Shown piece after piece: positions 9,804-18,693 of a stretch of DNA of 64,000 bases. A program made the translations under genes and the position numbers. Position 1 is the first letter of the stretch, and every line of letters starts with the position of its first letter. The stretch is from an uncultured bacterium (GTDB lineage Bacteria > Verrucomicrobiota > Kiritimatiellia > PWTM01): positions 527,835-591,834 of the forward strand of contig CAVUUJ010000001.1 in NCBI GenBank assembly GCA_963744655.1, given 5' to 3'. The notes beneath the pieces were generated by a model. That model had not been told where the DNA came from, did not search any database, and saw only the letters and a program-made list of their open reading frames with translations.

Positions 9804-10619
9804 TTATTCCTCCACGACCTCGACGTTCCGCAGCACCTTGATCAGGTCCATGGTCAGGTGCTCCATGGAGAGAATGATCTTCGTGGCGCGGTTCTTGAAG
9901 AACGTGTAGAAGCTCATGGCCGGAATCGCCACCACCAGGCCCGCCGCGGTGGTCCAGAGCGCCTGCGCGATGTTCAGCGCCAGCATCGACTGCTGGGCCG
10001 CCCCCGCCTGCATCGTGGCGAGCGCCGCGAAGGCGAAGATCATGCCCTGCACCGTGCCGAGCAGCCCCAGCATCGGCGCCAGGTTGGCGCACACGTTGAG
10101 GTACGATACCCGCTGGAGCAGCTTCTCGCTTTCGTAGTCGGCCTGCACGGCCACGACGTCCTGGATGACGTCGAAACCCTCCTGGACGTTGGAGAAGGCC
10201 GCGGACAGGATGCTGGACAGCGGGGTCGGCGTCTCCTCGCAGTGTGTCATGGCCTTGATGACGTCGCCCTGTTCCATGGCGTCGCGGACCTTCTCCACGA
10301 GTTCCGGCGGCGCGATCTTCGCGTCCTTGATCGTGATGAAGGAGTCAATCGCCAGGGCGGCCGCGGCCATCGAGCAGGCGCCGAGAGCCAGCCACAGCAC
10401 CACCCCGAGCCAGCCGGAGTTGGATACCACGGCGAAAAACCCCATGGAGCGTCCCTGCTGGGCCTCCGCCGCCTCGGCCGCCGCCGGCGCCGCCGCCGGC
10501 GCCGCCGCCACCGCGTCGTCGCCGCCGTTGCCCTCCGCCTCCTGGGCGATGGCGCCCGCCAGGCCGATGACCAACACGCCCGCCAGGACCGCCGCCCCCA
10601 TCCGCACCCATCGCTTCAT
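9804..10619 (-). CDS. exbB: MotA/TolQ/ExbB proton-channel protein with N-terminal signal peptide
   Basis: 271 aa. Signal-like N-terminus, Ala/Pro-rich spacer, and three C-terminal TM helices with LGLLGTVQGMI and ALWTTAAGLVVAIP motifs. Confidence 0.9.
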   Translation of the reverse strand: MKRWVRMGAAVLAGVLVIGLAGAIAQEAEGNGGDDAVAAAPAAAPAAAEAAEAQQGRSMGFFAVVSNSGWLGVVLWLALGACSMAAAALAIDSFITIKDAKIAPPELVEKVRDAMEQGDVIKAMTHCEETPTPLSSILSAAFSNVQEGFDVIQDVVAVQADYESEKLLQRVSYLNVCANLAPMLGLLGTVQGMIFAFAALATMQAGAAQQSMLALNIAQALWTTAAGLVVAIPAMSFYTFFKNRATKIILSMEHLTMDLIKVLRNVEVVEE

Positions 10620-10713
10620 GCCCTGTCTCCTTTTCGTCCCCTACCCCGTCCCGCGGACGCCGCCCCGCCCCCCCGCCCCGGGGGTACGGGCCCATACGAC
10701 CCGGTCCGCGTCC

Positions 10714-11487
10714 TCAGACCTTCCCGCGCGCCGCGGCCGCTTCCGGGCTATCGGGAAACTCCTCCACCAGCCGCTTGTACCATTCTCGCGCGCGGTTGTC
10801 GCGCAACTTCTCCAGCGTCTCCGCCGTTTTCAGGTACGCAGACGGCTGCACGGCGGTCTCGCGCGCGAAGAACATGACCGTGCGCAGGTAGTCGAGGACC
10901 GCCTCCTCGAGGCGCCCCGCCGCCGCGCGCATGTCGCCGCGCAGGATCTGCGCCCGGGCCGCGTCGGGGCGCGCGCCCTTCCGGATGACCCGGTCCACCT
11001 TCGGTTCCAGCACGGCCTGCCGCCCCGCGGCGAACAGGGCCTCGAAGTAGCCCCGCATCGGCTCGCCGCCCTGCTCCGCCGCCGGGTTGACGGCAAAGAG
11101 CTGCTCGTAGGCCTTCACGGCATCGGCCGGCTGGCCCTTGCCTTCGTAGGCCTTGGCGATGGCGTACAGGGCCCTTTCGTCCCAGGTGAGGAAGCGCATG
11201 GCGTCGACCACCTTGCGCAGCAGCGGAATCGCCTTGTCGTAGTCCTTCGCCTGGATGAGGCGAATGGCCTCGTCGTACTCCGGGGGCCGGTCCGCCTCGG
11301 CCCGGTCGTACTGCTCGACGCTCAGCGTGAGCTGCTGGCCGTCGCTCCGCGTGAGCACGATGGTCCCGTCGCTCTTGGCGCGGATGCTCACGCCGTCGAT
11401 CTCGCGCCCGCCCTTGAGGTAGACCCTCGGAACCGCCTGCGCCGCGCACACGGCGGCGAGCCCTATGCCCACGATCCATCGCTTCAT
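10714..11487 (-). CDS. Secreted TPR-repeat protein
   Basis: Internal ATG 11487 (MKRWIVGIGLAAVCAAQA signal peptide) of composite track ORF 10714..14424. TPR-like helices include DEAIRLIQAKDYDKAIPLL and ALYAIAKAYEGKGQPADAVKAYEQL. 257 aa. Confidence 0.8.
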   Translation of the reverse strand: MKRWIVGIGLAAVCAAQAVPRVYLKGGREIDGVSIRAKSDGTIVLTRSDGQQLTLSVEQYDRAEADRPPEYDEAIRLIQAKDYDKAIPLLRKVVDAMRFLTWDERALYAIAKAYEGKGQPADAVKAYEQLFAVNPAAEQGGEPMRGYFEALFAAGRQAVLEPKVDRVIRKGARPDAARAQILRGDMRAAAGRLEEAVLDYLRTVMFFARETAVQPSAYLKTAETLEKLRDNRAREWYKRLVEEFPDSPEAAAARGKV

Positions 11488-11490
11488 CAC

Positions 11491-11530
11491 AGCCTCCGTT
11501 CTCCGCCGGTCTCCGCCGGTCTCCGCCGGT
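11491..11530. repeat. Tandem 10-bp repeat (ctccgccggt x3 plus one degenerate copy) filling the spacer between the two TPR genes
   Basis: Direct reading: agcctccgtt ctccgccggt ctccgccggt ctccgccggt. On the coding (minus) strand this is ACCGGCGGAG x3, then AACGGAGGCT GTG ATG. Confidence 0.9.
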
Positions 11531-11531
11531 C

Positions 11532-14372
11532 TCAGGGCGACCCGCCCCCGCCCGGCCCCGCCGCGGCACTGGCCTTCAGCCGCGCCTCGCTCAGCCACTT
11601 GCGGACGTCCGCGGTGGCGGCGCCGTCCGGGAACACCTCGACGTACATCTCGCACGCCTCGATCGCGTCGGCGTACCGCTCCACCCGCAGGAACAGGGGC
11701 ACGGAGGCGACCAGGCTCCGTTCCACGAAGGGACGCAGCCCGGGGTCGTCCGCGTCGGTCAGCAGCGCGATGCGCTGGTACGAGGCGAGCGCCGCGTCGT
11801 AGGCAGTGGCGGCCTCCCCGGCCTGCCCGGCGGCCGCCGCGCGGTCGCCGAGTTCGACCTGCAGGCCGGCGAGTTCCATGGACGCCGTGTTGATCAGCAC
11901 GGGGTCGGTCGAGTACTTGAACACGTCGCCGAGCGCGGCCATGGCCTCCGCCGGCCGGCCCGCCGCCCGCAGGGCGCGGCCGAGGATGAACTTCGCGTCG
12001 TAGAAAAGGCCGGACTTCGGGTACCGCGACAGCAGTTCGCCGATGGCCTCCGCGGCCCGGTCGTATTCCTTCCGCTCGAAGTGGGCGCGCCCCAGCCCGT
12101 AGTAGCTCCGCTCGAGCAGGGACCGGTCCTCGCCGCCGCCCGCGACCACCAGGTCGAAGGCCTCGATCGCCTCCGCGAACCGCCCCGCGTCGAGCATCCA
12201 CTGCCCGATGCGCACGAACTGGTCCGGGGTGTACAGCGCCGGCTCGGCCCGGATCTTCTCCCAGGCCGCCTGCGCGGTGTCGAACCGCTCGATCTCGAGC
12301 GCGGCGCGCACGAGCGCGAACAGGGCGCTCTTGCCGTCCTCGGACTCGGGATACTTCTCCTGGAGTTGCCGGAAGGTTGCGGTCGCCGCGTCGCTCTCGC
12401 CGCGCTCGAGTTGCACGGTCCCGACCAGGTGCAGGGCCCGCGGGGCGAGGTCCGACGCCGGGTACGCCTCGACAAACTGGCGCAGCACCTCCACCGCCTT
12501 CCCCCGCAGGGCGGCCACCTGGTCGGCCGGCTCGCCGATCTTGGCGAGCGCGTACCCGGTGTAGAAGACGGCCTTCTCCAGCATGTCCCGGTTCTTGGCC
12601 AGTTCCTCGCCGGTGCGGCCGTAGGCGGCCGCCTCCGGCGGCGTCAGCCACTTGCGGAGCACATCGTATTCCCGCAGCGCGTCGGCGTAGCGCTTCGCGC
12701 GGATGAGGCAGTCTCCCGTGATGAACCGGGCGTTGGCCCGCTCGTGCGACGGCGGGCTTTGCTCGACGAACAGGCGGTACACCGCGGCCGCGTCCTCGTA
12801 GCGCCCGGCCTCGTACTCGCCCCAGCCCTGCAGGCTGAGCGCGCGAAGGTAGTACGGGTCCCCGGGGAACCCGTCGACAATCTGCTTCAGGCGGGCGCGG
12901 TTGGCCGCCGCGTCCCCCGCCTCGCGCGCCAGCGCCGCGAGGTTGTAGAGGATGGCGGGCGTCTTCTCGTGCTTCGGGAAGCCCTGCACGAACAGCTCGT
13001 AGAGCCAGCGGTGCATGGTCCCGTTCTTCGCGTCGAAGTAGTGCTTGCCCGCCGCCAGCAGGGCGAGGCCCGCCTCCGCGTCGCCCGCGAAACGCTCCGC
13101 CACGTAGGCGGCCGCGGCGCGCACCTCCCGTTCCCGGCCGGCGGCCGCCAGGGCGACGAAGAGGTTGCGCATCGGGCGGCCGACCGCCCCACCCTCGGGA
13201 TAGCGGTTGAGGATGGCCAGGTAGGCCGTCGCGGCCCGGTCGTACTGCTTCTGGAGAAACAGGGTGTCGGCCATCTTGAACTGGGCTTCCATGGCCCGGG
13301 CCCGGTACGGGCCGAGGTCGACCTTCACCGTGCGGCCCATGCCCTCCAGCCGCTTCTTCAGGTCCTCGGCGCGCACGCCCGCGTCGGGGCCCCACTCGCT
13401 GTCGCCGTACTTCGCGAAGACGTTGAAGTACTCGACGAGCGACGCGCCCAGCGCGCGGACGGCCTCGTCCCGCTTGCCCGCGGCCAGCAGGGCCTCGCCC
13501 TGGTGCTCGTACAACCGGCCCAGCAGGAAGCGCGCGCCGGCCATGGGACTCATCGAAAGGGGCAGATCCTCCTTGCGGAGCAGCTCGTCGATCTGCCGGA
13601 GAATGTCCAGGTTGTCCCGGATCACCCGGCGCGCCTTCCCCTCTTCGCCGCGGACGAGCTCGATGTTGGCGAGGGTGATGATCGTGCGCCCGAACCACAG
13701 GTCGATGCCGCTCCACTGGGTTTCCTCGCAGAGCTTCGCCGCCCGCTTGAGCAGAGCGTCCTTCGCGGCGGCGTCGCTTTCCCCGCGCGCCGCCCGCACG
13801 AGCAGGTCGGCGAGCTCGGCGCGCAGGCGCCGCGCCACCGTGGCCTCCGGTCCGCCGGCGAGCGCCTTCTCGAACGCCTCCGCCGCGCCGCGAAAGTCCC
13901 CCGCCGTCTCGAGCATCTGCCCGAGCCGGTACGCCGCGTCCATGAAGAACCGCTTGAGGTCGGGATCGTCCGGAATGCCTTCCTTGTACTGCCCGAAGAA
14001 AAGCTCGTACATCGACCGCGCGCGGTCGATCTCGCCGAGGCGGTAGTACCCGTTGCCGATGGCCAGCAGGGCGGCCTGGGTCTTCGGGCTGCCGGCGGGC
14101 ATCCGTTCGACGAGTTCCTCGGCCTCCCGGAACTGCCGCTTGCCCACGAGGATCTCGGCTTGGACCGCCATGGCGCGGTCGCGCGCCGCCGGGTTCTCGC
14201 GCACCAGCCGCTCCACCAGCCGCTCCGCGAAGTCGGGGAATCCCGCACCGACCAGCCAGGAGGCGAAGGCGAACTCGCCGTCCAGGTCCCCGCCCGCTCC
14301 GCCGGCCGGCGGCGCCGCGGCGAGGAGCAGCGCGGCGAGCAGGGCGGACAGCATGTGCGTACGCGATGACAT
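11532..14372 (-). CDS. Large secreted TPR-repeat protein
   Basis: ATG 14372 (MSSRTHMLSALLAALLLAAAPPAGG signal peptide) within track ORF 11532..14435. 946 aa of TPR-like helical repeats with non-degenerate composition throughout. Confidence 0.85.
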   Translation of the reverse strand: MSSRTHMLSALLAALLLAAAPPAGGAGGDLDGEFAFASWLVGAGFPDFAERLVERLVRENPAARDRAMAVQAEILVGKRQFREAEELVERMPAGSPKTQAALLAIGNGYYRLGEIDRARSMYELFFGQYKEGIPDDPDLKRFFMDAAYRLGQMLETAGDFRGAAEAFEKALAGGPEATVARRLRAELADLLVRAARGESDAAAKDALLKRAAKLCEETQWSGIDLWFGRTIITLANIELVRGEEGKARRVIRDNLDILRQIDELLRKEDLPLSMSPMAGARFLLGRLYEHQGEALLAAGKRDEAVRALGASLVEYFNVFAKYGDSEWGPDAGVRAEDLKKRLEGMGRTVKVDLGPYRARAMEAQFKMADTLFLQKQYDRAATAYLAILNRYPEGGAVGRPMRNLFVALAAAGREREVRAAAAYVAERFAGDAEAGLALLAAGKHYFDAKNGTMHRWLYELFVQGFPKHEKTPAILYNLAALAREAGDAAANRARLKQIVDGFPGDPYYLRALSLQGWGEYEAGRYEDAAAVYRLFVEQSPPSHERANARFITGDCLIRAKRYADALREYDVLRKWLTPPEAAAYGRTGEELAKNRDMLEKAVFYTGYALAKIGEPADQVAALRGKAVEVLRQFVEAYPASDLAPRALHLVGTVQLERGESDAATATFRQLQEKYPESEDGKSALFALVRAALEIERFDTAQAAWEKIRAEPALYTPDQFVRIGQWMLDAGRFAEAIEAFDLVVAGGGEDRSLLERSYYGLGRAHFERKEYDRAAEAIGELLSRYPKSGLFYDAKFILGRALRAAGRPAEAMAALGDVFKYSTDPVLINTASMELAGLQVELGDRAAAAGQAGEAATAYDAALASYQRIALLTDADDPGLRPFVERSLVASVPLFLRVERYADAIEACEMYVEVFPDGAATADVRKWLSEARLKASAAAGPGGGGSP

Positions 14373-14516
14373 CGTTGAAGCCCCCGGTTCGGCGCCCCGG
14401 CCCGTGCCGGCACCCGTCGTGCAAGCCGCCACCATAGTAGGCGGTGCGCGCCGGACGTCAAGCGGCGCGGGTTCCGCCCGCCGCGGCCGCCCCGCGGAGC
14501 CGGTTTACGCCGCGGC

Positions 14517-14545
14517 TTGACGCGCCGGGCGGGCGGTGCGATAGC
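14517..14545 (+). promoter_or_regulatory. Candidate sigma70-type promoter (TTGACG-N17-GATAGC) for the PHP gene
   Basis: TTGACG at 14517-14522, a 17-nt spacer, then GATAGC at 14540-14545. GGAGGAG at 14569-14575 serves ATG 14584. Confidence 0.35.
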
Positions 14546-14583
14546 CTAGCGTCCGGATGACCGGCGACGGAGGAGCGCAAACC

Positions 14584-15936
14584 ATGCCGGACCGGACGGC
14601 CCTGCTGGAACAGTGGGAGAAGGACCTAAGCTCGTACGACGGCGTGTGCCGCCGACGGACGCTGGTGCGCCTGGCGGCCGCCGTGCAACGCGGCGCGATC
14701 GACGTCGTCGCCGCCGGCTGGGACGTGAACCTGCACGCGCACACGTTCTACTCCTATAACGCCCGCGGCTACTCGCCCTCGCAGTTCGCGTGGCTCGCGA
14801 AGCGCCGGGGCCTCGCGGCCGCGGGGATCGTTGACTTCGACGTGCTCGACGGCGTGCCGGAGTTCCTCGCCGCCGCCCGCCTGCTCTCGCTGCGCGGCTG
14901 CGCGGGCCTGGAAACGCGCGTCTTCGTCCCCGCCTTCGCCGACCAGGTCATCAACTCGCCCGGCGAGCCGGGTATCGCCTACCAGGTCGGCGCGGGCTTC
15001 GTGTCCGACCGGGTGCCCGGCGCCCAGGCGCCGTTCCTGCGCCGGCTCCGGGAGACCGCCCGAACGCGCAACCTCGGCCTGGTCGAGCGGGTCAACGCGT
15101 ACCTGCACCCGGTCGAGATCGACTACGAGCGCGACGTGCGGCCGCTCACCCCGGCGGGCAACGCGACCGAGCGGCATCTCTGCGAGGCGTACTGCCGCCG
15201 CGCCGTCGAGGTGTTTCCCTCCGAGGCCCGGCGCACCGCCTTCTGGAGCGACAAGCTCGACACCGACGCGGGCGCGCTGGACGGGCCCGCGGGGCCCGCC
15301 CTCCAGTCGCGCCTGCGGGCCAAGACGATGAAGCGGGGCGGCGCGGGCTACGTGGCGCCGGACCGCGGATCCTTCCCGACCCTCGCAGAAACCAACGCGT
15401 TTTTTGCCGCCTCCGGCGCCCTGCCCGCCGTCGCGTGGCTCGACGGGTCCTCCGAGGGCGAACAGCGCCTGGAGGAGCTCTTGGACACGGCGATGGACAG
15501 CGGGGCCGCGGCCTTCAACATCGTGCCGGACCGCAACTACACGCCGGGCGTCGAGGACAAGCGGCTCGCGCGCCTGCGCGACGCGGTCGGCCTGGCCGTC
15601 TCGCGGCACCTGCCCGTCGTGGTCGGCACGGAGATGAACAGCCCGGGCAACAAGTTCGCGGACGACCTGAACTCGGCGGAACTGCGTCCCCTTCGCCCGG
15701 TCTTCCTGCAGGGCGCGTACATCCTGCACGCCCACACGGTCCTCCAGGCCCTCGCGGCGATGGGCTTCACGAGCGACTGGGCCTGCCGGAGCCTGCCGGA
15801 CCGGGCCGACCGCTGCGCGTTCTACGAGGCGTTCGGGCGCGCGTTCCCCGCGGGCCGGGAGGACCGGCTGTCGGTCGATCCGGACATGGCGCCGGCCGAA
15901 CTGCTGCGCCGCGCCGCCGGAACCGGCGAGGCCTGA
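14584..15936 (+). CDS. PHP-domain (polymerase/histidinol-phosphatase-like) metal-dependent phosphoesterase
   Basis: Track ORF 14557..15936. I prefer ATG 14584 (MPDRTALLEQWEK) because GGAGGAG lies 8 nt upstream. PHP signature VNLHAHTFYSYN with a later VGTEMN block. Confidence 0.75.
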   Translation: MPDRTALLEQWEKDLSSYDGVCRRRTLVRLAAAVQRGAIDVVAAGWDVNLHAHTFYSYNARGYSPSQFAWLAKRRGLAAAGIVDFDVLDGVPEFLAAARLLSLRGCAGLETRVFVPAFADQVINSPGEPGIAYQVGAGFVSDRVPGAQAPFLRRLRETARTRNLGLVERVNAYLHPVEIDYERDVRPLTPAGNATERHLCEAYCRRAVEVFPSEARRTAFWSDKLDTDAGALDGPAGPALQSRLRAKTMKRGGAGYVAPDRGSFPTLAETNAFFAASGALPAVAWLDGSSEGEQRLEELLDTAMDSGAAAFNIVPDRNYTPGVEDKRLARLRDAVGLAVSRHLPVVVGTEMNSPGNKFADDLNSAELRPLRPVFLQGAYILHAHTVLQALAAMGFTSDWACRSLPDRADRCAFYEAFGRAFPAGREDRLSVDPDMAPAELLRRAAGTGEA

Positions 15937-15943
15937 GCGCCCG

Positions 15944-16756
15944 CTACCCGAGCGCCACGTCGAGGATCATCATCACCGCGAAACCCAGCATCGCCCCCAG
16001 CGTGGCAAGGTCCGAGTTGCCCTCCCGCTGCGACTCGGGCACGACCTCTTCGACCACCACGAAGATCATCGCCCCCGCCGCGAAGGCCAGCGCATAGGGG
16101 AGGATCGGCCGCGCCACGAGCACGGCCGTGGCCCCGATCACGCCCGCCACCGGTTCGACCATCCCCGAGAGCTGGCCCAGCATGAAGCACTTGCGGACGG
16201 GCAAACCCTCGCGCCGGAGCGGCACCGACACGGCCGCGCCCTCCGGGAAGTTCTGGATGCCGATGCCGATGGCCAGCGCCACGGCCCCGGCGAGGGTCGC
16301 CGACGGGTAGCCCGCCGCGGCCGCCCCGAACGCGACGCCGACCGCGAGGCCCTCCGGGATGTTGTGCAGCGTGATGGCCAGCACCAGCAGGGTGCTCCGG
16401 CGCCACTGGGTCGATACGCCCTCCGCCTCCGACCGCGAGGCCCCGATGTGCAGGTGCGGCAGGAACCGGTCGATGAGCCGCAGGAAGCCGCCGCCCAGCA
16501 GGAACCCCGACGCCGCCGGCACCCAGACGGGCAACGGCCCGTCCCTCGACATCTCGATCGCCGGGGCGAGCAGGGACCAGTAGCTCGCCGCCATCATCAC
16601 CCCGGCGGCGAACCCCAGCATCGCGTCGAACACCTTGCGGTTCATCGAGCGGAAGAAGAAGACCAGCGCGGCGCCTGCGGCCGTGACGCCCCAGGTGAAC
16701 AGGGTGCCCAGCAGCGCCTGCAGAACGGGGTTGATCGTGGCCAGCCAGTCCATCAT
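15944..16756 (-). CDS. zupT: ZIP-family divalent metal transporter (ZupT-like)
   Basis: Internal ATG 16756 ([12 protein letters not shown]) of composite ORF 15944..17308. 270 aa with about 8 TM helices and ZIP motifs [15 protein letters not shown] and [16 protein letters not shown] overlap with the mutY stop. Confidence 0.9.
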   Translation of the reverse strand: MMDWLATINPVLQALLGTLFTWGVTAAGAALVFFFRSMNRKVFDAMLGFAAGVMMAASYWSLLAPAIEMSRDGPLPVWVPAASGFLLGGGFLRLIDRFLPHLHIGASRSEAEGVSTQWRRSTLLVLAITLHNIPEGLAVGVAFGAAAAGYPSATLAGAVALAIGIGIQNFPEGAAVSVPLRREGLPVRKCFMLGQLSGMVEPVAGVIGATAVLVARPILPYALAFAAGAMIFVVVEEVVPESQREGNSDLATLGAMLGFAVMMILDVALG

Positions 16757-17925
16757 GTCGCACCTCCCCGCCTCCGCCCGCCGGCCCCGCGCCGCCCGGC
16801 CGCGGGCGCCGTCCCCGCCCCCAGGGCCTCGATGATCTTGAGGTCCGCCCGCGAGAAGGGATACCGCCTCATCGCCCCGGGCGCAACCCATGCGAAGTCG
16901 GCGCAGTGGATGCAACGCGGCGTCCCGCGCTCCAGCGTCGCGCGGTAGGCGTGCAGCTCGATCGTGAAATGGCTGTAGGCGTGGGGCACCACGACGAGTT
17001 GGTCTCGCACCGACACGTCCACCCCCATCTCCTCGCGAAGCTCGCGGCGTATGCAGGCGGGCCAGTCCTCGCCGGGCTCCCGCTTGCCGCCGGGGAACTC
17101 CCACAGGCCCCCGAGCATCGCGTCCTCGCGCCGCTGCGCGATCAGGATGCGCCCGCGGGCGTCGGACACCACGGCCGCGCCCACCTCGTAGTGCGGCACG
17201 GCGCGCCGGGGCCGTCGGCGGGGCCACGCCGCGGGACGGCCCGAGGCGCGCCCGCCGCAGACCCGCCGGAGCGGGCACGCGGGGCACGAGGGCGCGCGCG
17301 GCGTGCACACCAGCGCCCCCAGCTCCATCCAGGCCTCGTTGACCTGCCCGGCGCGGCCGGGGAGCATCAGCGCGTTGGCAAGGGCCTCGAAACGCCGGCG
17401 CCCGGCCGCGGAACCGGGCAGCTCATCCACGCGGAACACCCGCGCCAGCACCCGCGTCACGTTGCCGTCCACGACGGCGGCGTCGAGCCCGAAGGCGAGA
17501 CTGCCCACCGCGGCGGCGGTGTAGGGGCCGAGCCCTGGCAGCGCCGCGAGCCCCTCCACGGTGCGGGGGAACCGGCCGCCCCGCTCGCGCACGAGCCGCC
17601 GCGCCAGGTCGTGCAGCCGGCGGGCCCGCGCGTAGTAGCCCAGCCCTTCCCACGCCTTCAGCACGTCCCGCCGCGAGGCGAGCGCCAGCGCGCGCAGGCT
17701 GGGATAACGCCGCAGAAACGCGCGGTAGAACGGCAGCACCTGCTCGACGCGGGACTGCTGCAGCATCAACTCGGAAACGAGCACGCGGTACGCCGTGCGG
17801 TTCCTGCGCCACGGCAGGTCGCGCGCATGCTCCGCGAACCACGGCAGCAGCACCGCGCCCACGGCGCGGCGCACCCGCAGCTCCAGGCGCCTCCGGGCGG
17901 CGGCGGTGTCCGGCGCCGCGGACAC
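16753..17925 (-). CDS. mutY: A/G-specific adenine DNA glycosylase MutY (with NUDIX-like C-terminal domain)
   Basis: Contains [41 protein letters not shown] and the Fe-S cluster [17 protein letters not shown], then [12 protein letters not shown]. The start is taken as GTG 17925, one nt after the prx stop. The track ORF start at 18021 would overlap prx. Confidence 0.85.
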   Translation of the reverse strand: MSAAPDTAAARRRLELRVRRAVGAVLLPWFAEHARDLPWRRNRTAYRVLVSELMLQQSRVEQVLPFYRAFLRRYPSLRALALASRRDVLKAWEGLGYYARARRLHDLARRLVRERGGRFPRTVEGLAALPGLGPYTAAAVGSLAFGLDAAVVDGNVTRVLARVFRVDELPGSAAGRRRFEALANALMLPGRAGQVNEAWMELGALVCTPRAPSCPACPLRRVCGGRASGRPAAWPRRRPRRAVPHYEVGAAVVSDARGRILIAQRREDAMLGGLWEFPGGKREPGEDWPACIRRELREEMGVDVSVRDQLVVVPHAYSHFTIELHAYRATLERGTPRCIHCADFAWVAPGAMRRYPFSRADLKIIEALGAGTAPAAGRRGAGGRRRGGAT

Positions 17926-17926
17926 G

Positions 17927-18490
17927 TCAGATCTTGCCCACCAGGTCGAGGCCGGGCCGGAGCGTGCTGCCGCCGGGCTCCCAGTCCACCGGGCAGACTT
18001 CGCCGCCGTGCTCCCGGACAAACTTGGCCGCCTGCAACTTCCTCAGCAGTTCCTTCGAGCTCCTCCCGATGCTGTTGTCGTGCACCTCGAACGCCTTGAG
18101 CACGCCGTCCGGGTCCACCACGAACGAGCCGCGCAGCGAGAGCCCCTCCTCCTCGATGTACGTGCCGAACTCGCGGCACAGGATGCCGCCGGGGTCCGCC
18201 ACCATGGGGAACCGGATCTGGTGGATGGCGGGCGAGTGGTCGTGCCACGCCTTGTGAACGAACACGGTGTCCGTGCTGACGCTGAGCACTTCCGCCCCCT
18301 CCGCCTGGAACGCCGGGTAGCGCTTCGCCAACTCCTGCAGCTCCGTGGGACACACGAACGTGAAGTCCGCCGGATAGAAGAGCAGGATGAGCCACTTCCC
18401 CCGGTAGTCGGAAAGACGTATGTCCTGCACCCTGTCCTCGACGTACGCCTGGAGTTCCAGGTCCGGTATCCGGTGCCCGATCTTCAGCAT
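17927..18490 (-). CDS. Typical 2-Cys peroxiredoxin (AhpC/TSA family)
   Basis: ATG 18490 (MLKIGHRIPDL). Peroxidatic FYPADFTFVCPTE and resolving GEVCPVDW motifs. Confidence 0.9.
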   Translation of the reverse strand: MLKIGHRIPDLELQAYVEDRVQDIRLSDYRGKWLILLFYPADFTFVCPTELQELAKRYPAFQAEGAEVLSVSTDTVFVHKAWHDHSPAIHQIRFPMVADPGGILCREFGTYIEEEGLSLRGSFVVDPDGVLKAFEVHDNSIGRSSKELLRKLQAAKFVREHGGEVCPVDWEPGGSTLRPGLDLVGKI

Positions 18491-18693
18491 GTCATCCCCC
18501 GTCGCGCCCGGGCCGCGCCGCACCCCGCGTGCCTTGCGTCAGAAAGGCGCCCCGCACTATACGGGGGCCCGCGCACTTTGCAACCCCCGGGCGCCGGACC
18601 ACCGGGGACGGATGCTTCTGGACACTCCGCGGCATTCGTGGTGTGCTCGCCCCTCAAGGTTGGGTGAGGAGAAAGTTGGAGAGGATACGTCGC

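Noticed and set aside
11491-11530. CRISPR-like or other interspaced repeat array
   Set aside because: Only three to four directly abutting 10-bp units are present, with no spacers and no cas genes. It is a simple tandem repeat. I saw no CRISPR array anywhere in the window.
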